Below the pieces are notes generated by a model. That model saw only the letters and a program-made list of their open reading frames with translations. It was not told where the DNA came from and did not search any database. This document shows positions 11,503-23,631 of a DNA stretch of 64,000 bases, in pieces (the stretch's first letter is position 1; each line of letters opens with the position of its first letter). The translations under genes and the position numbers were made by a program. The DNA lies in NCBI GenBank assembly GCA_010093995.1, contig ML992508.1, forward strand, positions 468,506-532,505, given 5' to 3'. The DNA is from Elsinoe ampelina. Its lineage: Eukaryota.

Positions 11503-14016
11503 ATGGAGGACTCGCACAATGGGCCCCAATTCCTGGCGCCCGTAGACTATGTCGCCAATCCTACATTCTCCTTCCCTGCACAGCCTTCCCAACCACCTTC
11601 TTACGGACCTCGACGCACTGCTTCACTTCACCTGAATCCTAGCACACCTCAACGCATCACAAACCTTGAGCGCAGATCTGCTTCGACCCTGCCCACATTC
11701 TCCTTCAACGCGACAGACACCTCCGGACGTGCTGACAACTCCTCACCACAATACCTTTCCGCCGAGATCCCAGCCTCTGCTAGTCGTGGTCACGGGCATA
11801 GAAGAGGAGCAAGCGAGTTCGTCGGAGGAAGTTCGCAATACGGCACACCTGCTGCACTTGTTAGCACGAGCCCAGCAAAGCCCATAGATTCTGATGAGTC
11901 CTCACAGGATGCTGCTGCGTTTGGTTCGCCGATGCGCAAACGTGGCCATGCTCACCGCCGCTCTGCTGCTGTCTCTGCTCATGATTTGCAAAGCATTTTG
12001 CAACCGAGAGATGCTAACATCGTGTCTGCACAGTCCGAGGAGACAACTCCGTCAATACCGGAGCCGGAGTTGAGCAAGCCACAAACACCCTCACCGTCAT
12101 CAGAACAGCCGCCGCAGCTGTCGCAAGCGAGGCCTCGTGTCGGCTTCTCAAAGAACATCGAGTTCATCCCTCGCCCCCTTTCAACCATTTCTTCAGAAGC
12201 CGAGAGCATCGCATCAATACCCATTGGCCAAGCATCGTCGTCCACGTCGCCACTTCGCCCGGCCAGTTTCAGTCCATCCACGAAGCGAAAGTCACGATCC
12301 TCCCGTAGCAGCCTTTCCGAGGTCGAGTCCGCGACTCCCTCCCGCGTGTCGTTCGAGATGCCCGTTCCCATCGAGCGCGAAGGCCATCTTCTCAAGAATG
12401 ACTTGGAACGTCCAGCTACGGAATCTGTGGTACCATCACGGACCGGATCAAACTTCCGTGATTTCAGCTTTCCCCCGAAGAGGCCTAAAGCCAGCCTCGA
12501 CCGTCGCAGCTCAGAGCCATCATTGTCATTGACATTATTGCAAAAGCCGCGACGCTCATCGGTCTCTCTACGCGAGCCATCACAAGCACCAAAGACAAAG
12601 CGCAGCGAGAACGATCTCAAGCCTCCTCGGGTTAGCAGGAAATCATCCGCGCACAAGGTGAAGGCTTGGGCGTCAGGATTGATGGGCAGGAAGAAGTCGG
12701 TGAAACGCGCTGCCATGACACCGGACGCCGATGCGGAGCCAACGACACCAACCACAGATGCTGCAACGACGCCTGCATCAGAAATGGAACTGGAAGAACT
12801 CTTTAGCCACGACCCATTCAGCCAACCGGAAGACGAGCAAGTCCGAGATTCTACATTCGCGCAGAAAATGGACATGAGCAGTCTGAGAGATTTCCAGCCA
12901 TCGTTGGATCCCATGGACACGTCAGATTCCATGATTGACCTGGACGCAGCGCTTGGACCCAACAAGACGCCCTCTCGAGACGGTCGATCCCCGGGCTTTG
13001 GCGCAAGAAGACAATTACATAGCAGCCGCACGAACCGCGACTTCAACAGCCCAGGCAGCATCTTCCATAGACGTGCGGAGAGTGCTCCGGTCCTCACACC
13101 ATTCGACTATGCCAAAAGTCCATCTCCGGTGCACTCACCCATGGCTGATGTGTTCGAAGAAGACGAGGATGAAAATTCCGATTCGACTAAGATCAGCGGA
13201 CCTGCCTCGGCGCCTGCATTCAGCTTCCCTCAAGGTCCAATTGCGGAGGAGCCAGCCCAGGATGATGGACTTGGTATTCAGGACGATTCCAATTCTGTAC
13301 CTACCACACCTCTCGCTCTATACACGCCCTCTGACATTCCGGTCATGGAAGACACTATCATCGAAGAGAGTGGTCCCATCGATATCGTTGAGGCGCATGA
13401 AGAGCCTCGCGCTTCGACCATGACGAAATCCTCGGATTCTAGCGATGCGCCAACTGTCATGGCTGACCCAGTTCTCACCCTGGCACCTCCTCAAGCTCCA
13501 TTCATGACCACGCCCAGTACGTATGCTGGATCCACCTTCTCCACTCCGGAGATGAATCGCAGGCAGGAGTCGTTCGACGGACAGCGTGTGGGGACTTCTG
13601 CCTCATCGGCCACAGATTGTCGGACTCTCAGCTCATTCGCCAGCGAACGACCCGACACTCGCCCATCGGTCGATGATGTACCCTCGCTCACCAGCAGTCG
13701 CTCAACCATGATCAGCAGCAGCCATCCATCCCGCCGTGACATTTCCGAGAAAGCGTCAACATTCCGGATGCGACAGGTCTCGGCTGATCAGCAGTCGGAA
13801 CGACGCCGTAAACGCGCAAGCATCCAGAGTCTCACCAAGCTCATGTCCGGACCTTTTGGCGAGAGTAGGAACAAGCTGAGCATGGAGCAGGGCAACGCCT
13901 CGTCACCCAACCTGCTTACGACGCCAGACGGCAGCAGTAAGAGGGAACACCGCCTGAGCAAGCTCATGTTTTGGAAAAGCAAAGGGTCGCGCCTGAGCAC
14001 AGCTTCTGAAGTCTAG
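11503..14016 (+). CDS. Large Ser/Pro-rich, probably disordered fungal protein
   Basis: Long ORF (first ATG 11503) with short conserved-looking motifs LPTFSFN, GHRRGASEFVGG, RGHAHRRSAAVS, IPRPLSTISS, HRRAESAP, KRASIQSL. Confidence 0.85.
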   Translation: MEDSHNGPQFLAPVDYVANPTFSFPAQPSQPPSYGPRRTASLHLNPSTPQRITNLERRSASTLPTFSFNATDTSGRADNSSPQYLSAEIPASASRGHGHRRGASEFVGGSSQYGTPAALVSTSPAKPIDSDESSQDAAAFGSPMRKRGHAHRRSAAVSAHDLQSILQPRDANIVSAQSEETTPSIPEPELSKPQTPSPSSEQPPQLSQARPRVGFSKNIEFIPRPLSTISSEAESIASIPIGQASSSTSPLRPASFSPSTKRKSRSSRSSLSEVESATPSRVSFEMPVPIEREGHLLKNDLERPATESVVPSRTGSNFRDFSFPPKRPKASLDRRSSEPSLSLTLLQKPRRSSVSLREPSQAPKTKRSENDLKPPRVSRKSSAHKVKAWASGLMGRKKSVKRAAMTPDADAEPTTPTTDAATTPASEMELEELFSHDPFSQPEDEQVRDSTFAQKMDMSSLRDFQPSLDPMDTSDSMIDLDAALGPNKTPSRDGRSPGFGARRQLHSSRTNRDFNSPGSIFHRRAESAPVLTPFDYAKSPSPVHSPMADVFEEDEDENSDSTKISGPASAPAFSFPQGPIAEEPAQDDGLGIQDDSNSVPTTPLALYTPSDIPVMEDTIIEESGPIDIVEAHEEPRASTMTKSSDSSDAPTVMADPVLTLAPPQAPFMTTPSTYAGSTFSTPEMNRRQESFDGQRVGTSASSATDCRTLSSFASERPDTRPSVDDVPSLTSSRSTMISSSHPSRRDISEKASTFRMRQVSADQQSERRRKRASIQSLTKLMSGPFGESRNKLSMEQGNASSPNLLTTPDGSSKREHRLSKLMFWKSKGSRLSTASEV

Positions 14017-14864
14017 TGGATATGGAGGCAGATGCTCAAGGAGCGAGAACGATTGTATATGTAGACGATGGGACTTGTCAAGGACACGGATGGGATACAG
14101 GGATTGCATGAGACCTGGTTGTTACAGTATAAAAGCGGGCAGCGAGGGAAGGAACGCCACAGTATTGCTCAGACCAAGCATGGATAGGATAGCTTGGGGT
14201 TTATGATTAGGGTAGTCGGATGAAATGACCAGAGATCGACTATCAGAAGGCTGCGCTTGGTGTATGTGCACGATTGAAGCTCGCTTATGCTGGCATATCT
14301 ATGACCCCTGCTATTGAGGCTGTAGAAATGTAGGCTTACATTATTGACGGCCGGTGTTTCTGGTGTTATTTTGCTTCTTTGATTGTCGAGCAGCCGGCCG
14401 TACGGCCCAACTATGTTGGCAATGTCCAACGTCGAAGATTGCCGTCGAACGGTTCGCGAGCAACGTTTTTGGGGGTGCCGCTATCACATCCCTTGGATCA
14501 ATTTCCTCGCCTCTTGATTTTCTATAACGATATTGATTCCACGGTGGCCTCTTTACATCGATCATACCTGAAGTGTGAGATCACTGTCAATGTCAGCTAT
14601 GCTTCAGGCCTTGTCATGTTCTCTGGGTAGACAGTAGGTAGTGCGCCGTCCTATATCACTCATTTCCCCGTTCATGGTTTTCGGGGTCGCCTATGACCGT
14701 TGTGCAAGAGCCACCTGAAGAAGATGATGTCTTTAATCTATGCACAACGTCGCGGGAGCTATCATAGCGAGAGATATTGCGGAAAACTTCTTATAAGAGA
14801 TGTCTGCGGCCGATCTTCCCTAGGATCACTTGTACACGAAGGTTTGTGAAAGAATCATAGCATC

Positions 14865-16044
14865 ATGAAGATGATCATTGGATTACTCCTCATTGCTCAG
14901 GCTCTTTGGGCTACAGCGCAGAGTGAGTGACTATCATAAGTAGCATGTGAACAACACTGACTTCTCCTAGCATGTCCAACCGCAGCCATCAATGCTGTGA
15001 GGAAGCAACAAGCAAAGCCCAAGGCCTTCTGTCAAAGATACCTTGCCACGTGAGTCTCGCATGCCATCCTTCTCGGTACCGCGCTGACACTGTACCAGTA
15101 CAAACAATCGGTCGCCTATCAAAGGCTTCAAACCTGCTGTAGTCTCTGATGCATGCACCTGCATCAAGTTCAGTCTGCCGTTTACTACGACTGTCGTGAC
15201 GACAAATACAAAGCGGACGACCATCTCTACGACAGAGACGGAGACGGAGACGGAGACAGAAACCGAGACGACGACCATCACCGCGACCACCACTCCGATC
15301 GGACTTGCCTCGAATGCAACAACCACCATCACTATCTCTGCTTCAGGTTGCCCTATCACTTCAAACAACACACTGCCCGTGTCGACCACGTCTACAAGTG
15401 GGACTATCACATCTACCTCTGTCAGCATCACCTCGTCAGCGTCTAGGTCCACAACGACGACGATATCATCCAGCACGTCTTCCTCGACCGCTTCCACCAC
15501 CACCGGGTTTCGCAGCCGCACCTTCCAGACCTTCCCAACAGGCTGCAACACCTCGCCTCAGGTCTACTACCTCCGTATCTCCAACACCACCGTCCCCGGA
15601 CTCGACGGCACTTTCCTCATGGGTTATGCGGAAACCGCTAGCCGCTTCTCCCCCGACTTCGGCAACAGCACCAGAGACGCCCCCCAGGCCCCCGTACCCT
15701 TGATCAAAGGACCAAATAACTCACTACTGGAGGCGCGCTCACAGACGGGAATCTACGGTGTAGCCATCGATCCAAACGACGCACGAACTCGTTTCTACGA
15801 GGACGGCGATAGTTACTACAATCCTATCCAGTGCATCTGGGATGAGACCACTCTGCCTGCCCCGGCGGTGTGTACGGCCACTTACAATGGTACGTCGTAT
15901 GCTCCCGCGCTTGAGGCGCCGTATAAGGATCAACATGATGAGTTTACTCCTCTCTTCGACACGCCGTACTACACGTCGTCGAGCTACACGGGAAATCCGA
16001 TCATTAGTGGCGTGGCGTATGATTTTGTCAAGGGATGTATGTAG
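14865..16044 (+). CDS. Secreted Thr/Ser-rich protein
   Basis: Signal peptide MKMIIGLLLIAQALWATAQ; two GTGAGT..CTGAC..AG introns (about 14923-14970 and 15050-15098); Cys-containing N-domain, Thr-rich stalk with TETETE, globular C-domain; TATA-like element near 14791. Confidence 0.75.
15229..15272 (+). repeat. GAGACR hexamer microsatellite encoding (Thr-Glu)n
   Basis: gagacg gagacg gagacg gagaca gaaacc gagacg. Confidence 0.8.
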
Positions 16045-17010
16045 TCGATGTGGTTGAGCTTCAAATGTTAGCGGTATAGTTTCGATTTCTTGTTGGCCCT
16101 GGCTCAATTCATTTTCGTCACTCCAGTGACATTGCGAGTGCTGCTTGTTCCGTCATCAGTCTGAGTGGCGGGGTACGAACGAGTGAGCAGCGGTATGCGG
16201 AAAGTCACGATGACAGGTACGGCCTTCATGCATTCAGTCCGTGAGCCATGTCTGTAATCTCCCTCACTGGTCTCTCAAGAGCCGAGTCCCGGCAAAGTGG
16301 CTCATGTCCACCCCCGCCGAGGCGTCATTTCCTTTCTGTAACCGCCAAGCAGCCCGCCGTGCAGCCCGAAAGCGTAAACACCAAGGATCCAATCCATCAA
16401 GATCTGCAAGCCCAACGGAGATCCGGCGACTGGGCACCTGTGTCTGGCAGACGGAGCCGCAGACGAGCGACAGGGGAGCCCGGGCGAGTACATAATATAA
16501 ACAGAAACGAACGAATGGCTGTGCAGACCGAGGTGCCAAAACCTTTGCGGCCGCCAAGACAGCGGGCGGGCGGTGGTCGCGTCACCGATAATTTCACGCT
16601 TGCTTGTCTCTCTTTCCTCTCATCGCATTTTGTTGCGGGACTGGGGCTTGGTACACTGCGACAAGCCTTTTGTGCTGCCAGTGGAATCAAGGTCGATCGG
16701 TGTGCAGGAGCTCAACCATGCTCGTGTCTGGTCTTGGGTTATCTTGGAGGTTTGTGTCGTCCTTTTTTCCAAATGTATCCATCGTCGTCCGTCTTCTTTT
16801 CACTTCGTCCACCAGTGCTCTTTCCTCTTTACGACTTACTTCTGCCCTCGCTTTGAGAGAGTCTGTCGCTATACCTCTTTAATACACTTTGTCTCGACCA
16901 CTTCACACTCGTTTGAGAGGTCGTATACTTCACATTCACCTGGGGACTAACCACATCCGCCATCTTCCGCCTGGAAGCAGTACGTGCGAGTGCATAGCAT
17001 AACAAGGGTC

Positions 17011-18523
17011 ATGAAGGGATCTCTCGCTACCGGCGTGATCGCCGCTGTTGCGAGCGTCGTCAGTGCAGGGCTAGCGGCATCTCCAGTCGGACTGGAAGCC
17101 CGTCAAGCAACTTCATCCGGCAGCGCCAGTGTTCCGGTCGTGACTGTCCGTGGCAATGGTGAGGACATCAATCGAGAGACAGCAATGGATTAGCCATTGA
17201 CAATCACCAGCATTCTACCGGGGCAACGACCGCTTCTACATCCGTGGTCTTGACTACCAACCCGGAGGAGCTTCCGATGCTCAGGACCCCATCGCCAACA
17301 TCGACGTCTGCCGCCGTGATCTCGAATACTTCCGCCAGCTCGGCATCAACACGATCCGCGTCTACACCATCGACAACACCCTCAACCACGACACTTGCAT
17401 GAATGAGTTGGCTGCGGCAGGCATCTACGTTGCCTTGGATGTGAACACACCTCTGTACAGCATTAACAGAGCTGATCCTGCACCATCATACAACCCCACA
17501 TACCTTCAGTCGGTCTTCGCTACCATGGACGTCTTCAGCAAGTATAACAACACTCTGCTCTTCTTCAATGGTAACGAAGTCATCAATGACCCTCAGACGT
17601 CCAACACCGCTCCATACGTCAAGGCCGTCGGTCGTGACATGAAGCAATACCGCATTAGCCGCGGTCTCCGTCCGGTACCCATCGGCTACTCCGCCGCCGA
17701 CGTCGAGGAGAATCGCTACGAATCCGCCCTTTACTTCAACTGCGGCCCTGACGACCAACGCAGCGACTTCTTCGCCTTCAACGACTACTCCTGGTGCGAC
17801 CCCGACGAGTATGCTGGGTCTGAATGGGAACGAAAGGTCGAACAATACCGCAACTACTCCCTTCCTCTCTTGTAAGCTTCCCCCTATGTCAACCATCCCC
17901 TACCCCACCTAATCTCCCCCAGCCTCTCCGAATATGGCTGTGTCCAAAACGAGCGCGTCTTTGGCGAAGTCGCCCCTCTCTACAACGAAATGACCCCGGT
18001 CTACTCCGGCGGTCTCGTCTATGAATACACCGAAGAAGGCAACCTCTACGGCATCGTCTCCGTCTCCGGCTCCCGCGTCACCACCGAAAACGACTTCGAC
18101 GACCTGGCGCGCGAGTTCCGCGAGAATCCAGCCCCGCAAGGCGACGGCGGCGCCCGTCTCGACGCCGGGCAGGCCAACGCGTGTCCCGCCGTGTCCGAGG
18201 ATTGGAACCTCGAGGCGTTCCCCGGCGAGCTCCTGCCGTCGCTGCCGGAAGGGGCGGAGAGGTTCTTCCGCGACGGCGCGGGGAGGGGCCCGGGGTTGGC
18301 GGGGACAGGGAGCCTGAATGCGGGTGGCGAGAGCAGGGCTACGGCGTCGCCGGGGAGTGGGAGCGCGACTGTTTTTGTCACCGGTGCCACGCAGACGGGT
18401 GGGGCGGCGGCGACCAGTTCCGGGGCGGCGGTCGGGTTGAGGCCTGTGTCGATGGGGTATGGGGCTTTGGTGACGGTGGGGTCGGTGTTTGTTGGGAGTT
18501 TGGTGGGGGCTGCGTTGTTGTAG
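17011..18523 (+). CDS. GH72 1,3-beta-glucanosyltransferase (Gel/Gas family), GPI-anchored
   Basis: RFYIRGLDYQPGG, LGINTIRVY, FFNGNEVIN, PIGYSAADV, FNDYSWC, SEYGC, SGGLVYEY; introns about 17159-17210 and 17872-17920; signal peptide and C-terminal GPI signal; no Cys-box (CBM43) seen. Confidence 0.95.
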
Positions 18524-18862
18524 GGGGTTTGATGGGGAGATGTTTTAGATGGGGGAAGCCAAATGGGCAAGGGTTCTTGAACATACCTTTCGTGCTGGTG
18601 GGGGGCACGGTTTTCTTATGGCTGTAATACAGTATCTGCGTGGTGCAGGAATAGATTGCATTTACTTTCTGGAATTCCTTCCGATTTGAGACAAAGGGTC
18701 GTCTTGTTGTGGCTAGTTGAGACAGAGAAGCGGTCACGACGATGGCGAGCAGGAAGTGGTGTCAAAGGATCAAAAAGAGTCTCATGCATTTTGATACCCA
18801 TGCCATGCCCTGTCGACAACAGACACACGACCAGAAGCTCCACCACTCCCTTAACAGCCACT

Positions 18863-19953
18863 CTACTCCTTGGCCAAAACAGCCTTGATCTTCTCCTGGA
18901 CCCTCTTGTCCTTCTCCTCCTTGCTCAACTTCTGCGCACGGTACTTCAAGCTCTCCTTCTTCCAGTACTCCTTGTCCTTCTTCTCGCCCGCGTCCTCGTC
19001 CTTCTTGAACGGGTCCTCACGGATCTGCTTGTGCGCCTCGACCAACAACTCCTCCAATCCGTCGGCCTCGATGTCGTCGTCGATGTACCCCTGGAACTGG
19101 CTCTTGTACCTCTCCTCGTCGTCGTCGGCGAGCGTCTCCATGTACTCGGCCACGTGGCCGCCCATGATGTACTTGCGCAGCGTCTCGGCGTCGAGCTCCT
19201 TGGTCTCGATGTCGTAGCCGGGGAAACGCTTCTCCGAGTGGGGGATGTAGAGGCCGCCGTCGGAGGCGCCTTTCATGGCGCCGAAGACGCGGGCGCCGGT
19301 CGAGGTGCGGGTGAGGCCGACGTCGAGGTAGGCCTTGAAGGGGCGGCGGGTCTCGCCGTCGACTTCGGCTTCTTCGGTGAGCTTGAACTCGCCGTCGGCT
19401 TCTTCGACGCCCTCGAAGGCTTCGTCGAGGCCGAGTTTCTTGAGGGTGCGGCGGGCGAGGAGCAGGCCGACGGCGTAGGCGGCGGCCCAGTTGGTGAGGC
19501 CGTGGGTGATGCCGTAGCGCTTGAGTTCGTGGGCGTAGGCGGCCATGAAGACTTTGTCGCCGGTGATCTCGGAGGTGACGATCTGGGCGATGATGTCGCG
19601 GTTGGTGAAGCGGATCACCAGGCGGTACTTGGGGGCATTGTACTTGTTCTTGGCCTGGTTGATGAGGCGCTTGCGGGCGTAGTAGTCGGTCTTGCCTGCT
19701 CGGCGGCGCTTGTACTTGACTTGGTAGCGTCTGGGACATGTTAGAGAGCAGCGGTGAGGATGGGGGAAGAGGAGGCTTACGAAAAGTACGCAGAGTTCTT
19801 GACCAGCTTGGTCTGTTACATGCTCGAGTCAGCAATTGTCGCTTCAGAAATCTCGTTCCGAAGCATCTTGCAGGGACTCTACACGGCATGCAGCGTGTGG
19901 TTGATGCCATCCGATTGATGAATGACATGTCGGGAACAACTTACGAAAGGCAT
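18863..19953 (-). CDS. RPL5: 60S ribosomal protein L5 (uL18)
   Basis: Exons MPF | [11 protein letters not shown] | [22 protein letters not shown]...RFTNRDII...[29 protein letters not shown]; introns about 19813-19944 and 19731-19780. Confidence 0.97.
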
Positions 19954-20452
19954 CTTGACGGTTGTGCGGTCAAGATGGATCTGCTGGGTGAATTGTCGTG
20001 TGGTCGGCGTGAAGCTGTAGAGTATTCAATTTGAGCATGGTTTGTGGGAGCCCTTGGCTTGGCATCAGTTTGCCCATCCACAATTTTCTTCAGTGGGTGA
20101 CCAGAATTGACGCGGAGCTATTCCGCCTCCATTTTCACCTGTTCACCACACGATACCTGGAAGAAATACGACCTACCATCACGATGAGACCAGGCTTTGA
20201 TCAGGCTGATCGACATCATTAGAGTGATTGTTGCGAGACCGGACAGCATGGGCTGCCATTGTTTCGAAATTGATTAGGGTATATCATTCCAAAAGCTATA
20301 TGCAAAAATCATGACCTGCAGCTACGCAGCCACCACTCCTTTGACTTTATGTTGGAAAAGCTTGTGCAGAGAGCATAGAGCCCTATGCACTTATCCCGTA
20401 CTTTATGAATGTTGCGCAATCAAGTATTGCGGCATTGAGGAGCTCGAATGCT

Positions 20453-21470
20453 TTACCTCAAGGCTTTACGTGCAAAGGTTGGCAGCACAAATGACGCCTG
20501 GTGGATCTCCTTGTTGTAGTATTTGCACAACTTCTCCTCTTCCTCCTGCGACCATGATCGTACTGGCTTTGTAAGATCACGCTTGGCGTCCTTGCAGCAG
20601 ACCATGAAACCGATTTGGCCAGATGGGTAGGTCGGGATGGTGGTGTACGCGTACTCGACGTTGGGAAAGACCTCCTTGCATGACTTCTTCAGGTTGGTGA
20701 TCAATGGCAGGTGAAGCCATTGGTTCTCGGCTATGTCGTGGGTCAGTACAAGATCTGGGACGTCGCAAGAATTGCGGTGCAATCGGATCTGTTAGAAGTA
20801 AAAGCAGGCAAGAAGGAGCTTACAACCTTGGGTAGTGATCACACCGCCTTCTCTGAGAGCACCGTTGAGCAGTTCAAAGTATGGCTTCTGGAAAAGAGAT
20901 TCTGCTGGGCCTTCTGGGTCGCTGCTGTCGGTGATGATGACGTCGAATTCATTTTGCCTGTCCTTCAAGAATTGAAAGCCATCGCCAATGTGCGTCTTGA
21001 CTGCTGGGTGCTGGAAGCCGACGGACATGCCAGGGAGGTACTTCTTGCTGAGCCGGATGACGGCCTCGTCAATGTCGCAAAGGATCGCCTCCTCGACGCA
21101 TTCATGCTTGACGACCTCACGGAGGACTCCGCCGTCACCGCCGCCAATGACAAGGACCTTCTTGGGATCCGGGTGCGAGTTCATGGCCAAATGTGTGATC
21201 ATCTCTTGGTAGGAGAACTCGTCCCTCTCAGTGCATTGAATAACATTGTCGAGGACCAAGACCATGCCGTAGTCGGAGGACTCGAAGATGAGGACGTCCT
21301 GGTACTTGCTCTTCTCGTGGTGAACGACCTGGTTGACCTTGAGCGTCATGGCCTGGCCTGGCCACATGTTGGAGATTTCGCGGAACCATCCATCTGCATT
21401 GATTAGCAGATGTTTCTGCTGGGACAAAGTCTGTACTACCTTTGATAGTAGGGTGTGCGATCTCGCCCAT
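20453..21470 (-). CDS. SPE3: Spermidine synthase
   Basis: [63 protein letters not shown]; two introns (about 21394-21439 and 20731-20823/20826). Confidence 0.97.
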
Positions 21471-22174
21471 TTTGGCTGTGTCTCTCGGATTTAACTTGTA
21501 TGATTTATACGAATAGTGGCTGGTTCTCAGAACAGAATATCTCTTGGGGAGCAATCTTTTGCAGATCAATTGGGTTGATCTGTATGATGTGCAAAGGAAG
21601 TGCATAAAATCTTCAATCTGTGATCAAAACTTTGTTGCGGCGGGCGGCGACCCCTCGCAAAAGACCCCGCCGTCTGGCCGTCATTGTTTGTTGGCCGTCT
21701 GAGGAGCCTCCACGTCTCAATTCTATCGGCCAGCGCATCTCTCATTCAGTTGAATTATCGGTGTCTCTAGGCAAATTCATGCCTGATCACTTAGCGCGCA
21801 CGCCTCTCATTGGGCTCAGGCAACAGCCATTGGAGGAAATTAAGCCCGATGCCGGACGTGGCCATTGATGCTGTTCAGGGAACACTTACCACAGCGGCCT
21901 GATTCAACCGTCGTGTGAACAGTGCCAACCACCTTGACACCGCTGACGGACGGCTGAGGCGGCCACAATGCCATGAATTATTCCAAAAAGTATCGTGAAC
22001 TCTTCAGGGGTACTCGGCGCCGCGGTTGTATTTTAGCTTCATGCAAGCTACTTCCATGATGCCATCACGGCAATCGGCACGTGCTAGTAACAACCAGCAC
22101 GATCTGTATCGATTCCATCGCAATCCGTTTCCTTTTCATCATTTCCATCTTTGGTAGGCATCCTAGGATATAAC

Positions 22175-23144
22175 ATGGCTTCCAGCAACTCGGATCATCA
22201 AGTGGGCAGTCGGTATGTGCATCCAGCATTCTAGCTTCTGAAATGCAATGTCCTGACCAAAATAGCGACAAGAGTGTCGATTGGTACGCCAAGGAAGGAC
22301 CAAATGTATCACCAACTACCAGAGAAGTGCTGGAAAAGTACAGCAAGATACCTCCAGATCAAGTTGTGAAGCACTGTCTTGAGATCGTAAGATGGTCACG
22401 GGATGAAGCGAACCGCAGCTGACTGTTCAACAGCGTGATAGAGCCTGGCAGATCTACCCGTACCCATGTATAGGAACATTCCGCTTCCTAGATTTGTCCA
22501 TCTCTCTGCTCCCTGTCTACTCGGAAATCGTTGAACGCCTCCGTACCGGACAACAAAACTTCCTCGATCTCGGCTGCTGCTTTGGTCAAGATATTCGTCG
22601 ACTTGTCTACGATGGCGTCCCGTCAGAGAACACGTTCGGGTCAGACCTAAAGCTGGACTTTATGGAGCTGGGATACGAAATGTTCCTCGACAAAGACTCC
22701 CTGAAGACCAAGTTCATTGACGGAGATGTATTCGACGACAATTCCGATCTTAGCCAATTACACGGCAATGTCGACATCATTCAAGCGTCGGCATTCTTCC
22801 ACCTGTTCGACCGGGAAAAGCAGAAGAAAGTAGCTCACAGAGTAGTCAAATTGTTGAAGCCTCAACACGGCTCCCTTCTGGTTGGACGGCAAGTCGGCAG
22901 CATCAATCCCGGCGAGTACCTGCACCGCACTAATCCCAATTCGAACATGTTCAGACACAACGATGTCTCTTGGAAGGAGCTTTGGGACGAGGTTGGCAGC
23001 GAGACAGGCACTAAGTGGGATGTGACGGTGGAACTGAAAGACCTGGGTGGTGTTGGGGGTCCACGTGCGCTCCCAACAGATGGCAAGCAGCAGAACATGG
23101 AAGACATACGGTGGATCATCTTCTCAGTCCGAAGAACAGGCTGA
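22175..23144 (+). CDS. Class I SAM-dependent methyltransferase (AusD/Trt5/UstM-like family)
   Basis: RDRAWQIYPYPCIGTFRFLD, FLDLGCCFGQDIRRLVYDG, FFHLF; introns about 22213-22265 and 22387-22433. Confidence 0.88.
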
Positions 23145-23631
23145 GCGTATGGAAAGGTTCGAGACAGTCACTATGTACCTGCGTCTTCTGTCCTGGCTCA
23201 GCCAAGATTGACGGAAGGAGCACTTCGCGTTTGCAGCATGTCTACGGGTCCGTCGCCCCCCCAAACGCCTACCGATGAGAAGTACCTCTGCGCTGTATCC
23301 TTGACAAACTTCGTTTTTCCATCCCTGCAACTTCGGTTTGTGGACCACTCGCAATCTCGGTATTACCACACATGATCTGCATCACAAAGTGGCTATTTTT
23401 AGTACACAGCGCACGCAGGGACGATGTGATGTGCGAGTTGCGCTCGGCGCCTCACTTCTGCAAACGAAATTTGATCATTGGCAATATAGCGCTGAATTCT
23501 GGTCAAAAACGATGATCATTCTGCGTGATCAGATGGATCACCATGGGCGCTGTACAACATTGGGACTCTGCTTCTCCCCAGAGGTTTCTCTGAGCTAGCA
23601 ATGCCTGGGTCCGCTCGACCACGCAACTGAT

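Noticed and set aside
14379..14630. Short ORF as a possible pseudogene fragment
   Set aside because: No recognisable homology and no ATG start.
16248..16950. Several 80-200 aa ORFs upstream of the GH72 gene
   Set aside because: They fall in the promoter and pyrimidine-rich 5' leader and have no protein-like features.
18656..19744. 362-aa + strand ORF antisense to RPL5 (similar ones lie over SPE3, SFA1, AKR and BUD32)
   Set aside because: Shadow ORFs expected from strong codon bias in highly expressed or skewed genes; no protein-like motifs.
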